DNA of 64,000 bases. Origin: Octopus vulgaris (Eukaryota). Below, piece by piece: positions 26,208 through 40,181 of this stretch; position 1 is the first letter of the stretch, and each line of letters starts with the position of its first letter. The position numbers were made by a program, and so were the translations under genes. Below the pieces are notes generated by a model. It had not been told where the DNA came from. It was given only the letters and a program-made list of their open reading frames with translations, and did not search any database. The stretch is from the NCBI GenBank assembly GCA_951406725.2, contig OX597822.1, positions 90,582,001 to 90,646,000 of the forward strand, in the 5' to 3' direction.

Positions 26208-26531
26208 TTAATAGTCTTTCACTTTCATGCCATTTTTCTCAGCATCACTAAGTGTAAGGATACCATTATCCATTCATACACACTTCTCTCCATGGGAAGC
26301 ACTGGAAAATGAGTAAGGGAAATACATTTTAGCTGCCAGGCAGACTCTGGTTATAGCGAGGGTATGTGTGCACGTCTTAACTCTCTCTATACCTACCTCC
26401 CTTCCTCTTTATCCTTTTATCTTTTACTTGTGTCAGTCATTAGACAGTAACCATGCTAGGGCACCACCTTGAATATTTTTTTGCTCAAATAATTCAACCT
26501 CAGTAGTTATTTTTTTAAAGCTTGGTACTTA

Positions 26532-27473
26532 CAAGGTGGTATCAAAAAGTTCCCAGACTAATCATGTTTAATAAAAAATTATTTATTTACCTACGTTTTA
26601 ACATCATCTTCTTCGAAATAGTCACCTTGTGCAGCAATACACCTATCCTGGCATTCCTGTCACCTTTGGAATCTGCCCTGGAGGTCGTTTTCCATAAGCA
26701 AGTTGAGGACCTTCTGTGAGTCACTCTGAATATCAACAATGGTGTCAAAATGGCGACCTTTGAGCTGCATTTTCATTTTGGGCAAGAGATGGAAGTCTGC
26801 ACATGCTAAATCTGGTGAATAGGGTAGGTATGGAAGCAATACCATGTTGCTTCTGGCGAGAAACTCATGAGTGAGGAGAGCTCAATGACAGGATGCATTG
26901 TCATTATAAAGAATCTAATTCTTCATGATCCACAGATCGGGTCACTTTAACTGGATGTCCTCCCACAGACGCTTCAAAACGTTGCAGTAGAACTCTCAAT
27001 TGATGGTCTGGCCTTGGGGGACAAATTCTTGATGCACAATACCATGGATGTCAATAAAAACAAAAACAAAAAAAACATTGAGCATGCTCTTGGTTGAGCT
27101 GTGGTTCTGTCATGCTTTCATCAGTCGTGGAGATGAAGGCCTCTTCCATTGTGACTACTGCTGCTTTGTCTCAGGGTCATCGCCATAAGCTTGCCAAAGC
27201 ATGCTCAATATCTCTGTCACAGGCTTCCCAAGTTTAATGCAAAATTTCACGTTGGCTCTTTGTTCCAACTTCTAGTCCATGACAAAATTGCAGACTACAG
27301 CTTCCATGTGATTACAAAGACGCAAATTTCACAACTTGCAAAGTAAACACAGTGATGTCACCCAGCACACTGCCTCATGAAGACTACTGCTAACTTTCAC
27401 TGTGCATGCAACTGTATGCTGTCATCTGTTGATGCACTACAGAACTAGTCTGGGAACTCTTTGATACCATTTC
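26532..27473 (-). mobile_element. Internally deleted mariner inserted at a TA within a SINE family A relic (about 26405-27540)
   Basis: TIRs 'ggtatcaaaaagttcccagacta' / 'tagtctgggaactctttgatacc'; minus-strand 'PYSPDLACADFHLLPKMKMQLKGRHF'. The SINE sequence 'gtactta|ttctattg' is split around it. Confidence 0.88.
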
Positions 27474-28259
27474 TATTCTATTGACCTCTTTTGCCAAACT
27501 ACTAAGTTATGCAGATGTAAACACACCAACATATACATACATAATATATATGATAAAACTTACTCGGATATGGATGTGTGGCGTTTGATCATATAATAAT
27601 ATAGATAATATACATATATACATAAATATATAATAATATAGATAATATATATATACATATATTTAGAAGGTTGTTTGTTATGGCCTATCAAAGAAGGACC
27701 ATTGGTTTTACACTTGTAAAGTGCTTAGCTGTATAGGGTGCATGTAGTTTCTTTGCATGTGTGCAGATGTGTAGTTATGTGTGTAGACATGTGGGGTAGC
27801 ATGGAAGGATGGTGTGTAGTTGTAATTGTATGTGTGAGAGGAAGGTATGGAGGTGAGGAGGATGTAGGATGTGTTAGTGCGAGGTGGAAAAGGAAGAGAA
27901 ATGTGATGTTTATGTAAAACACTGATGAAAAGACCGGTGAAAATTCTGGAGGCTATATAACAGGCATAATGTCAGGAGAAAGTAATAAAAATGAGGCAAA
28001 TAACTGATAAGAAAAGGCCATCAAAGTGGGCACAAATACAAAATCAGAGGAAACAGAAGGGGGAACCAATGTGTGGTTAAATGTTGGAGAAAATGCAATT
28101 TAGTTTTGTGTAAGAAACAATAGTAAAATAGAAATAAGAATAAAATAATAAAATAATAAGAATAAAATAATAAAATACAACTCTGGAGTAAGAATAAGAA
28201 TAAAATAATAAAATACTACTCTGGAGTAGGACCAGTGAACTAGAAGAAAATTTGGGACT

Positions 28260-28780
28260 TGTCATAACCAACAAACAAGTTGCTATGAGTGGGTCCCATC
28301 CTTGTTCCCATGGTCACTCCAGTTTTTGCTCATACATTTCACGTGTGAAGGAGAAACAGTTGAATGTGATAATCAGTTCAGCTCAACAGAGGAGTAGAGG
28401 TGCTGAGATAGAGAGTGGTGTGTAGGTTGAGGAAATGTTTAAGAACTTGGGAGCTTTTGCTATGAGGGATAATAGTGTAAAGAGAGATGATATCCATGAT
28501 GAAAATGAGGCAGGAGGAGCTAGGGAAGAAGGAGTTAATAAGGCAGAGAGTGTGGTTGGTGCCATGAATGTGTTGAGGTAGGCAGAGATGAGTTTTGTGG
28601 TGCATTTACAGGCAGAGATAATGGCATGGCCAGAGTTTTTAGCTTTGTAGATCTTGGGGAAGAAATAGTAGGGATTATGGAGGATACAGATGAGTTGGCA
28701 GAAGGTGGAGGAAGCAAGAAGTTGGTATGAAGTAGTGAAGGCTGATAGGATTTGGGGCATCGTAGAGGAGATGATAAAGG
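28260..28780 (-). mobile_element. Penelope-like reverse transcriptase relic
   Basis: 'YFFPKIYK..GHAIISACKCTTKLISAYL', 'FIMDIISLYTIIPH' and 'GVTMGTRMGP..SNLFVG', matching the PLE RT motifs LPKIHK, DV.SLYT.IP and G.AMG. Confidence 0.8.
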
Positions 28781-29014
28781 ACCGAGATGATTGGAAATAT
28801 GCAGGCCTTGAGAAGACCCATCCAACATGGTGAAACTGAGAGTCTAGAAGCATAATGTATATGCTCACAACTGGGCTTCTTGCTCAGTTTGTCCGTCAGG
28901 CTTTCTTCACTCCTCATCCCCCATAGGTCTTCCCTTCATCACTCTTCTAACTGTTGCATTATTTTTCTACTGTAATTAGATTTTGGCAAAATTATTTATT
29001 GCATCCCTTTCTGT

Positions 29015-29448
29015 GCTCCCAATAGCAACATATGGATGAGAGACCTAGACACTAAAGAAAGCTGACCAGAAGAGAATTAATGCATTCGAGCTTTGGTGTT
29101 GGAGAAGACTTTTGCGGATTCCATGGACAGCGAGGCTCGCCAATGGAGAAGTTCTTAAGCAGATAAGGCTGAAAATGTTGCTAGAAGCTGGGATCACCAA
29201 GCGTAGATTGGCATATTTCGGTCATATTATGCGGAGAGAATCCCTGGAGAAGGACATCATGCTTGGAATGGTCAGTGGCAAGAGAGGAAGAGGCCGACCA
29301 AGAACCCGCTGGCTTGGCACCATCAGGAGTGATACCGGAATGGACATGGCCAGTCTGAAGGAAGCGGCCCAGGATAGAACTGACTGGAGGACACTGATCC
29401 AACGAGTGACCGAGAGTCGACTTCGACTGAGTGGATAGAGAGAGATGT
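29015..29448 (+). mobile_element. RTE-BovB-like LINE 3' fragment
   Basis: 'TLKKADQKRINAFELWCWRRLLRIPWTAR..RRLAYFGHIMRRESLEKDIMLG..RGRGRPRTRW..DRTDWR'. Confidence 0.88.
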
Positions 29449-30129
29449 CTGAAACCACTTCCATTTGATGTCAATCCTCATTCTTGACATCATCCCTCCC
29501 AACTCATATTTTCTATTAATCGTTCTTTCTATCAGTCATCTCTCTCTGTCTCTTGAACCCTCTTAGTTGGAATTACGAAGTGTATCCTGTTGTAGAAACT
29601 TTGCTGCAGCAGACATTGGAGCACAAAGAAGTTCTCATACTTATCAGATCATATGGAAGACAGACTTTGATGGTAATGATATTTACAAATACTAATCTAA
29701 ACAGTAAAAGACAACAGGTTTTTCTAAGAGACTCTTAGTATCTACTCTGTCACAGATTGGTATAAACTAACAGGATTACTATGATAGTCACATAATTTAA
29801 TAGTAACTTAACCACCATCTGTCATGGGACAAATTATGGAAGATGGAGCTCACCACATTTTGATTTCTCTGGAGGACAGTGACACCACTAATTGCGATCA
29901 GTGTAGATGCTATGCACTGGTTCCAAAAGAACTGTATTTTTAAAGTGGAGCAGTATTTGAAAGTGAATTCAAGCAGCTCTACTAAACTTGTTCAAGGTAC
30001 AGTTGTCATGACCAAATCCTCCCCAGATTTTTTTAGATCTTAATTCGTTTTGAATTGAAACAATTCTGCCTATTCTACTCAAGTTGTGACATTGAATTTC
30101 TTTTAAAGCAACCATAAAAATCAGCAGTA

Positions 30130-31218
30130 CATCATTATCATTGTTTAATGTCCGCTTTCCATGCTAGCATGGGTTGGACGATTTTGACCGAGGGCTGGTG
30201 AACCAGATGGCTGCACCAAGCTCCAATCTTGATCTGGCAGAGTTTCTACAGCTAGATGCCCTTCCTAACGCCAACCACTCCGAGAGTGTAGTGAGTGCTT
30301 TTTACGTGCCACCAGCACGGGGGCCAGTCAGGCGGTTCTGGCAATGACCTCGCTTGAATCTTTTTGCACATTCCACCGCCACAGGTGCCAGTAAGGCGAC
30401 GCTGGTACAATCACACTCAAATGGTGCCTTTTACGTGCCACTGGCACTAAGCCAGTTAGCTGCTCTGGCAACGATCACGCTTGGATGGTCCTCTTGGCAC
30501 CCTACTAGCACGGGCACAAGTGCCAGTAAGGCGATGCTGGTAATGATCACACTCAATTGGTGCCTTTTATGTGCCACTGGCACGGATGCCAGTTAGCCGC
30601 TCTGTCAACGATCACACTCGTACGGTGCTCTTTGCACCCCGCTTTAACAGATGCCAGTCATTGAATTTGATTTCGATTTCACTTGCCTCAACAGGTCTTC
30701 GCAAGCAGAGTTAAGTGTCCAAAGAAGGAAAAGGTAAGCATAAGTGGGCTGGTTACACTCCTGGCACAGGCCACAGGTTATGGTCTCATTTGGCTTGCCG
30801 GGTCTTCTCAAGCACAGCATATTTCCAAAAGTCTCGGTCACTAGTCATTTCCTTGGTGAGGCCTAAAGTTTGAAGGTTGTGCTTCACCACTTCATCCCAG
30901 GTCTTCCTGGGTCTACCTCTTCCACAGGTTCCCACAACTGCTAGGGTGTGGCACTTTTTCACTCAGCTATCCTCATCTATTCTCGCCACATGACTGTACC
31001 AGCGCAGTCGTCTCTCTTGCACACCACATCTGATGCTTCTTAGGTTCAACTTTTCTCTCAAGGTACTTACATTCTGTTGAGTATGCACACTGACATTACA
31101 CATCCATCAGATCATACTGGCTTCATTCTTTGCAAGCTTACACATGTCCTCAGCAGTCACAGCCCATGTTTCACTGCCATGTAGCATGGCTGTTCGTACA
31201 CGTGTCATACAGTCTACC
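30130..31218 (-). mobile_element. RTE-type LINE 3' end, the longest copy of the 2586 family
   Basis: The minus strand encodes '[19 protein letters not shown]' and 'GRGRPRKTWDEVVKH', then the shared UTR and tail. Confidence 0.88.
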
Positions 31219-31640
31219 ATATTCTGGTAGCATGCAAGTTATCACAGAATGTTCCTGACAGCATAGCTAAGTCCTGTATATTCTTGTTAGGACATACAAA
31301 CAGCAATGCATTGTCTACATTGCGATGGAGAATGAATACCAAGGTGAATTGTGTGGTTTTCTACAAGGAAAGCTAAAAAGGACACTATTGAAGCATAAAC
31401 AAACAATAGTCTAAGATACAGCCTTATGAATGCCTCTAATAACTGGAAGATGCAGGTTGATTTAAAGAAATCGCTTATTTTCCCAAATCATTGTGAAAAA
31501 AACTACAGCTTTATGGCAAAGACCGACTTTGTAAAGAAAGTCCTGATTACTGAGTTGACTGTGTCATAGGAAGAAATTGCATGAAACAAAGCATCTAAAA
31601 TATATGGGACTGAGGGCATTGTGTGAGGTATGAAAATGGT
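31216..31640 (+). mobile_element. Highly decayed non-LTR element C-terminus with a restriction-like endonuclease (HERO/NeSL-like)
   Basis: Fragmentary 'HILVAC' and 'VLITELTVS*EE..KY' resemble the CCHC plus 'LIELTVPWEE..K..KY' signature. Confidence 0.4.
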
Positions 31641-32209
31641 AAGCTACAGACAGGATGTCACAAGTTCGTAGCTAGATTCACAATATTCTGCTTGGTTGGC
31701 ATTGGACATAGAAAGAAGAGCAGTAATTAGCAAAACACAGAGAGTAGAATACCATGAAGTGGCAGGAGCATATGAGGAAAAAAAAAAAAGACCACAGTTC
31801 AGAGGACTGAACAAGTCAAAAGTGAGAAGTATAACCAAAACATTGTTGCAGCATGGCCATGGTGGTGACAGCTGACTGATTGGGTGTTAGAAAAGAAGAA
31901 AAGTATACCATGATGTGAACCAAAAGTAACTAAACATCCCTTTATCGTATCAACAGTGTTGAAGATAAGTGAGTGATACAGTTAGGTGTTGAAATCGTTA
32001 TAATATCCAATGATCTTCACCTACTTTTACTATTGATCCTTATCTCTGGCAAAGTGAGCAGTTTCGCTACACCTAGTATGGTTTGTGGGTAGAGTTTCTT
32101 AGAAAAGCAGATCTAGCTGGATGCCATGTCTTTTACAAAGCTTCTCCAACTTGAAAGGAAAAAAAATCTGTTAACTCTATATTTGTGATTCAGAAGTGTT
32201 TGCAGTATA

Positions 32210-33323
32210 TATTGGGTCATCCCATAAATAATGCAATTTTTTCAATTGCATGAACTAAAAGTCAGAGGGGGAAGGGATAAACTACCTGCATCAACTTGCC
32301 ATACAAGCAAGTAGTAATTTTCGATTTTAGCAGCTATTTTTTCAAAGCTATAATGGAAGTGGCAAAGGAGCACATTCAGCATATTTTACTTAATGAGTTC
32401 AATAAAGATAACAATGCAACAGAAAGTGTGAGGAATATTAATGCAGTATATGGGGATTGGACAATAAGTGTAAGCTAGTGTCAACAGCAATTCCATAAAT
32501 TCCAAGCTGGAAACTACAGTCTAGAAGATGAGCCTCATCCAGGAACATCGGTAGAGCTCAAGAAGGACATCCTGCAAAACCTGGTGGAACAAAATCCCAT
32601 CATAACTGTTAAGGAACTAGCAGAGAAGCTTGAATTTGGTCATTCAACCATTCATCGACATCTGCACAAGAAGAAAAATGACCATCTTTGGTTTCAAGAC
32701 TAAAGGTGTTCTTCCAACAGCATAATGCTTGGCTGCTGGCGAGCAGGCAGAATCGTTAGAACGCCGGGCGAAGTGCGTAGCTGTATTTCGTCTGCTGTTA
32801 CGTTCTGAGTTCAAATTCCGCCGAGGCCGACTTTGCCTTTCATCCTTTCGGGGTCGATTAAATAAGTACCAGTTACGCACTGGGGTCGATCTAATCGACT
32901 TAATCCGTTTGTCTGTCCTTGTTTGTCCCCTCTGTGTTTAGCCCCTTGTGGGTAGTAAAGAAATAGCATAATGCTCGGCCATATACAGCGAGGATGACAT
33001 TCCAAAGCCTGGAGCAGTTTGAATGGGAAATGATGTTCCACCCACCATATTCACTGGACATTGCTCCATCTGATTATCATCTATTTTGCAGTCTTAAAAA
33101 TCATTTGGACGGAAAGAATATAAATTCTGTAGACGAGGTCAGAACAGTACTGGAGGAGTATTTTTTGTGAATTTTGGAAGAGTGGCCTTGCAAGTCTACT
33201 TAGATAGATGGAAGAGCATTGTAGAAAATGAAGGAGAGTATATTTTAGATTAAAAAAGAACTTTATCTTAATTTTGAAAAATAAAAGAAGTATAAAAAAA
33301 CCGCATTATTTATGATGACCCAA
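32210..33323 (+). mobile_element. Decayed mariner interrupted by a SINE
   Basis: TIRs 'ttgggtcatcccataaataatgc' / 'gcattatttatgatgacccaa'; translations 'MEVAKEHIQHILLNEFNK' and 'HPPYSLDIAPSDYHLF'. Confidence 0.88.
32734..32964 (+). mobile_element. SINE family B (Meta-like core) with a 15-bp TSD
   Basis: TSD agcataatgctYggc at 32719-32733 and 32965-32979; body near-identical to the reverse complement of the 25121 copy. Confidence 0.9.
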
Positions 33324-33399
33324 GAGTTAACTGAAATATTAGCAGAAGAGATAAATATTGAGCATCGTTTTATCCATCTGTTTATTTTTACGCTTTTCA

Positions 33400-36300
33400 C
33401 TTAAGAGTTCATTTTGAAGAAATAATGTTGTTAATTTAGGCACATGGCCAAGTTACGAGCAGTGAAAGTTAATCGATGCCATTGACTCTCTGTACTTGAG
33501 CTGTACTTTATTTTATCCACTCCTGAGGAATGAAAAGCACAGTTGGCTTCCGGAACAAAAACTGCAAGGCATTTTTGTAACGCTCTAACGATTTTGTCAA
33601 CTCACCGACTTATTTTCTCAGAAATAGGAAATTCTTTTGTTACTGAAATCACATCGAATATAATAAGTTCCCATAAAGTTAACATCAAGTCTAGCTTGAT
33701 AGTCTGCTACAAAGATATAAAAACAATTTTACTAAAATACCACAAAAGGAATGTAATAAATGCTTGGAAGGTGAAAGCTGTGAAATATTTTAGGCAATAG
33801 TAGACAACGGATTGAAAAACGGAAAAAAAAATTGCATTTTCCTACGAATTTTATCACATTTCTTCTGCAACGTGTTTACTTGGCCGAATATCGTGAGTAA
33901 GGCTTGCAACGATTGGTTGAAAAAACACTTCCCGTGATGCATTCAAGGACCTGAGCAATTCGAAATATCACAGCAGAGCTTTCATAGGTGGTGGGTGTTG
34001 ATTACTCTTCCAAGTAATTCCTACAGTATTAACTCATGCAATACCTCCATTCTGGAATATAAATACAAAAATATATTGAAAGAGGAAATACAATACATTC
34101 TTTAAGAAGTATAGATATTAAATGCTACCCAAAGGACAAGAAATTCTTACAAGCTTTTTGACACGTTTAAGTAAATCAGGCCGGCTCCGTCATTTTTTCT
34201 TAAGAGGTGCATTGATCGGGACACATTATACCATATCCAAACAATTGATCATTTAATAACAACCCTTTCATCTCCATTGGAAATTGAAATTACGTTGCAG
34301 GTATCTATTTTTCACATATATTCTCATTTGTTTTCTATTATTAACTAGTAACTTTTTGGGGGTAGGCTCTTCAAACTCTTGTACTACATCTAGTAAACTA
34401 CATTTGTTAATATTAAAGAAATGTTATTGTTTAAGGTATGATTTCTTAATTCCAAGCTAATAAAATTCGCGGAATATTTTCACACACACACACACACACA
34501 CACACATGTACACTGTTTTCGGTTAAACGATTGTTGTACATTTAATCAAATCAGCTGGGTGTGTTTTATTTCGTTTTCACTACGCTACTGTGAAACAGAA
34601 GAGACGTATAGAACATATGTAATACTTAACTATCTCTAACTACAGACTAGGGTCTCTTCGACTACACAGAATTTTTGATTAAAATTTATCACACTTGAAC
34701 ATTTTAATATCAATTGGTTACGAAATAATAATTTCTTAATGGAAATCGGACCTTTTTTTTCATACTTCCGTTTTTCAATTAGTATTGCTTTACAAGAATT
34801 AATGATACATTTCACATAGAATCTAAGTCTGTAAGTACATACAAACAAACTATATGAAAGGGTAAAGCACTTTGATTTTCATTGTGAAGTCCCAAAAGTA
34901 AATAGCAATATCATTAGTTTATATAGATTGTAGTGGTTTGTGACATTTTGGCCAGAATAACATAACCTTTTTTCACTGTTTACATAAAGTGGGACTAAAT
35001 CTGTCTGTCTCTCTCCCTCTCTATATATGTATGTATGTGTATATATATATATATATATTTATTTATTTATGTATAATCTTGAGCAATGACAAAAGGTTGA
35101 GGCTGTTTGGGTTATTCTGATTTAACTGCCTTCTACCATGTGATTTTTTTTCTTTATTTATGAATGTGGGTTTCCTGTTTAGTTGTCAAACTAAGCTGTG
35201 TATTATTTTCAGTTTATATTTGTACTTCGACAAGAATCCGCTTTCTTGCGAAAATGTAAACAAATTTTGAAAATTTTTTGGTCATATACAGTGTGTATGG
35301 TGTGATTATCGGACATGTACCGTTTATCAAGCGATTTGTCATTACCTTGAGTTCTGAAAATGTCCTAGTTGTCATGTATTAATACAAATACCGGATGTGA
35401 GAGTAAACTTGCGTACATACAGAACGTCTGTTCAGTTGTTTTCAAATAGTTTATTAGAGCGGTGGAGTGGCGAAAGTGATAGAATATCGAATTGAGTAGA
35501 TTTAAGTATTTAATTTCGACCTTTCACGTTCTGGATTCAAATTTTGGGTGGATGTATTTTTTTTTTATACCTTCGATAAAATACCGATAGTTTACTGGTG
35601 TCACTTTGATCGACTGTATCTGCCCTATAAATATTTGTCGATTTGTGCTAATGTAAAATCCTTGTATATAAAACTAACATAAAATAGTATGTTTTACAAA
35701 ATTCTACCCTGTTTTAGTTGAAATTACGCTGGCGTTGGCTTTGTCTTTCATTCTTCGGGGTCGGTGAAAACTAGTGCTCTCTCGTTCGTTTTAATCGCAT
35801 ATAATCGTCCTCCTTCAAATATTCATTTTCACATAAAACACGCCACAACATAAGACGAAATACTGATTCCAAAGGTCAGCAATTTCAGAGGAGGGGTGAG
35901 TCAATTACATGGACCCTAGTGTTCAACTGGTACTTAGTTTGAATAAGGATGAAAGGCAAAGTCGACCTAGCGGAATTTTGAACTCGGAATGTTAAAAGAG
36001 GGACGAAATGCCACTAAGCATTTGTCCAGCACGCTGTTTCTGCCAGTTCGTCGCCTTTTTTTTCTCAACAGAACGAAATATTGAGAGGAAGAGGGCATAG
36101 CATAGAGAAATAAATGAAACTGATAGTCGTCGAGACTAAGAAAAAAAACTGAGTCTTGGATAAAAAAAAAAAAAAATCTTTATAACTTCACAGCATTATC
36201 TGTGTCTTGAATTAGTTTCAATAGTTCATATCACTAATGGATGTTTTTATGTTCGTTAAACGTTAACCTTTTTTCTTCCAAAATCCTTTCAGATACCCGT

Positions 36301-37050
36301 TATTAACAACGGCGATATCGCAAACAAAAAAGAAAAGCCTTTCAAATTTTTAATCCCCCATCTCGTTTTTTTGTTTAAACTTTTTTGACTTTTTTTGAAG
36401 TCCTACGTTTAAAAATGAGGAGGAAGGAAAATTTACATTTTTTAATGCCGAGTGCTTACTATAATTTTCTTCGTTGTCTGTCTGAAACGTAAGAATCTGA
36501 AGAAATTAAATATTTAAATAAAAAAAGGGGTGGGGTGCCTAGACAACACGCCCGCCTTTGCTACTGTTATAAAACTAGTGTCTGAAACCAATTTAATTAC
36601 GACTTTAAAAAAAAAATGAAATATTTATAATAAAATCTTATTTACATATTTATTTCAGGCTATATATGCCAAGAATTCAGCTTGTCATGTAATCTACAGA
36701 CCTTTCATAAAACTAAACTCATTACTTTTAAGCATTTAATTCGTTTTTAGCATACATGGAACCTGATTTGGGTGTGTTGCAACTAACAAAACGTCTCTGT
36801 TCTTAAAACTGGTTGAGTCGAATAATCTTTTAAGATCCCCTTCATCAGAACACAGCAATAATTGTTGTTTTAAGCATTTTTAAGTATGATACATAGTTGC
36901 TTTCTCTCTTCTCGTATCTTTTAAAATATCAGTTCAGTTAATTTACAATATTACTTACAACGAACCAGGACCTTTTGAGAATAAATTTTTACTGGACTAT
37001 TATGTTTCTTTCAACATTTTCTGAGATCCGAGGAAATAGGGGAAAATTCT
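33400..37050. promoter_or_regulatory. Candidate promoter / CpG-retaining region with a possible non-coding first exon ending at 34830
   Basis: CpG is visibly more frequent than in flanking unique DNA and large TEs are absent. ATTGG boxes at 33912 and near 34713, ETS-like ACTTCCG at 34764, and a consensus donor GTAAGT at 34831. Confidence 0.35.
35870..36056 (-). mobile_element. Degraded SINE family B
   Basis: Contains 'ggatgaaaggcaaagtcgacct..ttgaactc..ctgccagttcgtcgcc'. Confidence 0.7.
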
Positions 37051-37115
37051 AAAAATTTATTTAGTCTAATTTAAAAGAAAGAAAAATATATATTTAAGTA
37101 AATATCAGATGTATG

Positions 37116-37153
<38 letters not shown>

Positions 37154-37758
37154 AAAGAAATTAATACTGGAAAACTAATTGCCTGTTTTTCTATTAAAGC
37201 ATTTCTCCTTTTACAATACTGAAGACGTTTATATCAAAGTGAAAAGAATATTTAAAGTATGTAAACTGAACATTTACTGGAAAAATAATTCCTGATGAAT
37301 GTGTTGATAAAGTATGACAAGCAACAAGTTCCATACTTTTTAAAATTTTGTTTTTTGGTATCATGTCACCCAAATGAAGCAGACTATGGGCAAAAGTGTT
37401 CAGCTTTTCAGGAATAATGCAAGACTGCATTAAATTAACAGTCCATTTTTCAGCATAGTAAAGTATGATTTGAGGGAGATTTAGCTGCTATTTGTAGTCA
37501 AAACAATCACATCGTGACTACCTTGTCGGCAATTTTCCTTTTTCTTTTTTTAGAAAGGTGATTTCCTCGTTACAGTCTAATAATTTTGTTTTGATAAGAA
37601 CCCATATGAGTTCCATCATAGAACAGTTATATAAATGCCTTCCAAAAATAATTTTGATTGTAGTTCTTTTTTGGATATGCTTTGGTATATCTTTCTCTGA
37701 TTTTATTTTTTTTTAACTTGTTGAGTCTGGAGGAAGAAGCAGTGTCTATGATCTTTAA

Positions 37759-37978
37759 CCCTTTTGTTACTCTATTTCTGTTGAGATGCTCTGTATTTCT
37801 TTCAATTACTTTAAATATAACAAAGAATTTAGTAAAATAACTTCATTATCATTCAGCTAGTGTTAGGAACATAAATTGTGACTAAGGTTTGGTGGAAGAT
37901 TTTAATTCGAAACTTATGAAAACAAGACATTTGTACTTAGACCCAGAGCCGGTTTCAGCCGGTTTGGTAACAAAAGGG
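37759..37978. mobile_element. piggyBac-type MITE
   Basis: TTAA|CCC...GGG|TTAA; same body as the 25988 copy. Confidence 0.88.
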
Positions 37979-37999
37979 TTAAAGTCCTCCAAACATGCT

Positions 38000-38770
38000 G
38001 GTCTTGATGCCATTAATGTTTAGATTGTCACTGTTCCATAAGTCCGTTGTCTTGAGGAGGAAGGACTGGGCATAATGGTTAGGGTGAGGTTGGTGGAGGG
38101 AGGCAGTTGGATGCAACAACTGTAACCAGTGGGTTGCAGGTATCTGAAAGACCAGTCAGCTCTGAGAAACAGAGGCCATTATAGTCACAACAGAAAAATA
38201 AAGATAAAACATGTTTGTTGGCAGAGGCTGGAGCATATCTGTTAGTGATTTATTAATCATTCTAGTGGCCCTTGTCTGGATGTAGTCTAGGTTGTCCTTG
38301 TAGCAGCACTGTAACCAAATGGAAACTGTGAGCTTCACTTGAGCCTTGTTGAGTGTCAGCAACTGTTGGGGGCTGAAATATTTTCTTTGTGGTGATGACA
38401 GTGATAGCATTGGAAGTGACAGTGATGACTGTAGGTAGCTCAGTGACACTTGAGTGGTGTGTGTATGTGTGGAAAGGTGGAGTAGTATTTTCTTGATGTG
38501 AGAAATGCTCAAGTGTTTTTTCATGTTAGAAGAGACAAGATTGGCACGGTCCTCTCTTGGAAAATGCTCACAAAGTGTCTTTTTAGGAAATCAATGCAGG
38601 TTCAGCGTGTGGAGATACATGATTTGCAAAGGTTAGGGAAGAATGAAAAGTTGTGTCATTTGCATAAGAATAGGTGTTGTTGGATGTAGTGGCAAGTAGG
38701 TCTATGTTGTATAGAAGGAAAAGTGGAGGGCAAAATAGATCCCTGGGGAATATTGAAGTTGATGGAGAAC
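38000..38770 (-). mobile_element. Decayed CR1/L2-like LINE RT fragment
   Basis: Minus strand 'NIPQGSILPSTFLLYNIDL' (VPQGS motif) and 'LDYIQTRATRMI'. Confidence 0.65.
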
Positions 38771-39848
38771 GAAATGTTTTAAAATTTAAACATAGTTTTG
38801 GATATAAATCATATCTTTCCAGCTGAGGATGTTGATGTTTTGTCTCAATAGTTATGCTATCTATAATTATTTTATCTTAAATTACAAAATTGAGTGAAAA
38901 ATTTTAAATTAACTCTTCAGAAATACATATATTGATTTCTTTTCATAAATTGGGACAATGATGTGAATTGAATTGGTCTCAATATATTGCTGCTACTGAA
39001 TTTTTTCTATTCTGTAAGTAAATTTGAACATTACAGGATTTGAACTCAGAATGTGGCTGGATATAAAAAAGCACTACAACATATATTATGTAGTTGTTGA
39101 ACTCCGGCAATATACATGAAAGATATTGTAGATGTTATATTAATTTAAAATAAGGGAATTCCATATGGCTTGATGGAGGAAAAATGTTTCCACAAAGAAT
39201 TTTTCTGTAATTAGTTCTTCATTGTATCTAACATAGAAGACAGTTGATAAAAGTTGTAATTTCACTTGTGGATTTGAATGCTATATCTACTGCAAACCAT
39301 ATAGCTGTGTTAACCTTTACGCCAAAGCAGTAACTTATGATTATGAATACAGGGTAGAGGGGATTATTTTAGTCCTCCCATATGAGACAAGTGCTGGTGG
39401 CATTAAAAACAGTATCCAATACACTATAAAGTTGTTGATGATATGAAAGACAACCGACAAGAGAAACCAAACCAAAACTGGAACACCTAAAGTGAGACAA
39501 GCCATATCACAAGCTATCTAGATAAGAGGAAGTAACTCTGAATAAGAGTTAATATAGGATAGAGAGAAGATATTTTAGTACTCATCATACAGGACAATCT
39601 CTTCAGTGCTGGTGGGACAATTTGTAATGTTTATAGTAACAAAAGGATAAGTTGTAGAAACAAAATTAGTGGCAATTGAAGACCTTACACAAGGAATGAA
39701 CCAGTGGTAGTAAAAGAAGTTGTAAAAGTTAATTTTGCTTGGAAGAAGCTTATGCTGTTTATATTTTTATTTCTCATAAAAGTTTCTTGCTTTGGCCATA
39801 GCCCTGGATATTTGCAGTTAGATGAGCGGTACTAGTGTTTTTTGTGAA

Positions 39849-40181
39849 GGCGCATGGCTCAGTGGTTAGAGCGTTGAGCTTATGATCGTGAGGTTGTGAG
39901 TTCGAATCCCGGACCGGGTTGCGTGTTGTGTTCTTGAGCAAGACACTTTATTTCACGTTGCTCCAGTTCACTCAGCTGTAGAAATGAGTTGCGACATCAC
40001 AGGTGCCAAGTTGTATCGGCCGTTGCCTTTACCTTGGATAACACTGGTGGCGTAGAGAGGGGAGGCCGGTATGCATGGGCGACTGCTGGTCTTCCATAAA
40101 CAACCTTGCCCAAACTTGTGCCTGGGAGGGTAACTTCCTTGGTGCAATCCCATGGTCTGTGTCGTGACCGAAGGGGGTCTC
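39849..40181 (+). mobile_element. tRNA-derived CORE-type SINE (family C)
   Basis: Head 'ggcgcatggctcagtggttagagc..gagttcgaatccc' (A and B boxes), followed by 'gtgttcttgagcaagacacttt'. Confidence 0.85.

Noticed and set aside
39849-39920. tRNA-like sequence (also at 51930-52003 on the minus strand)
   Set aside because: A and B boxes are present, but there is no proper acceptor stem and the sequence runs into SINE body. These are SINE heads, not tRNA genes.
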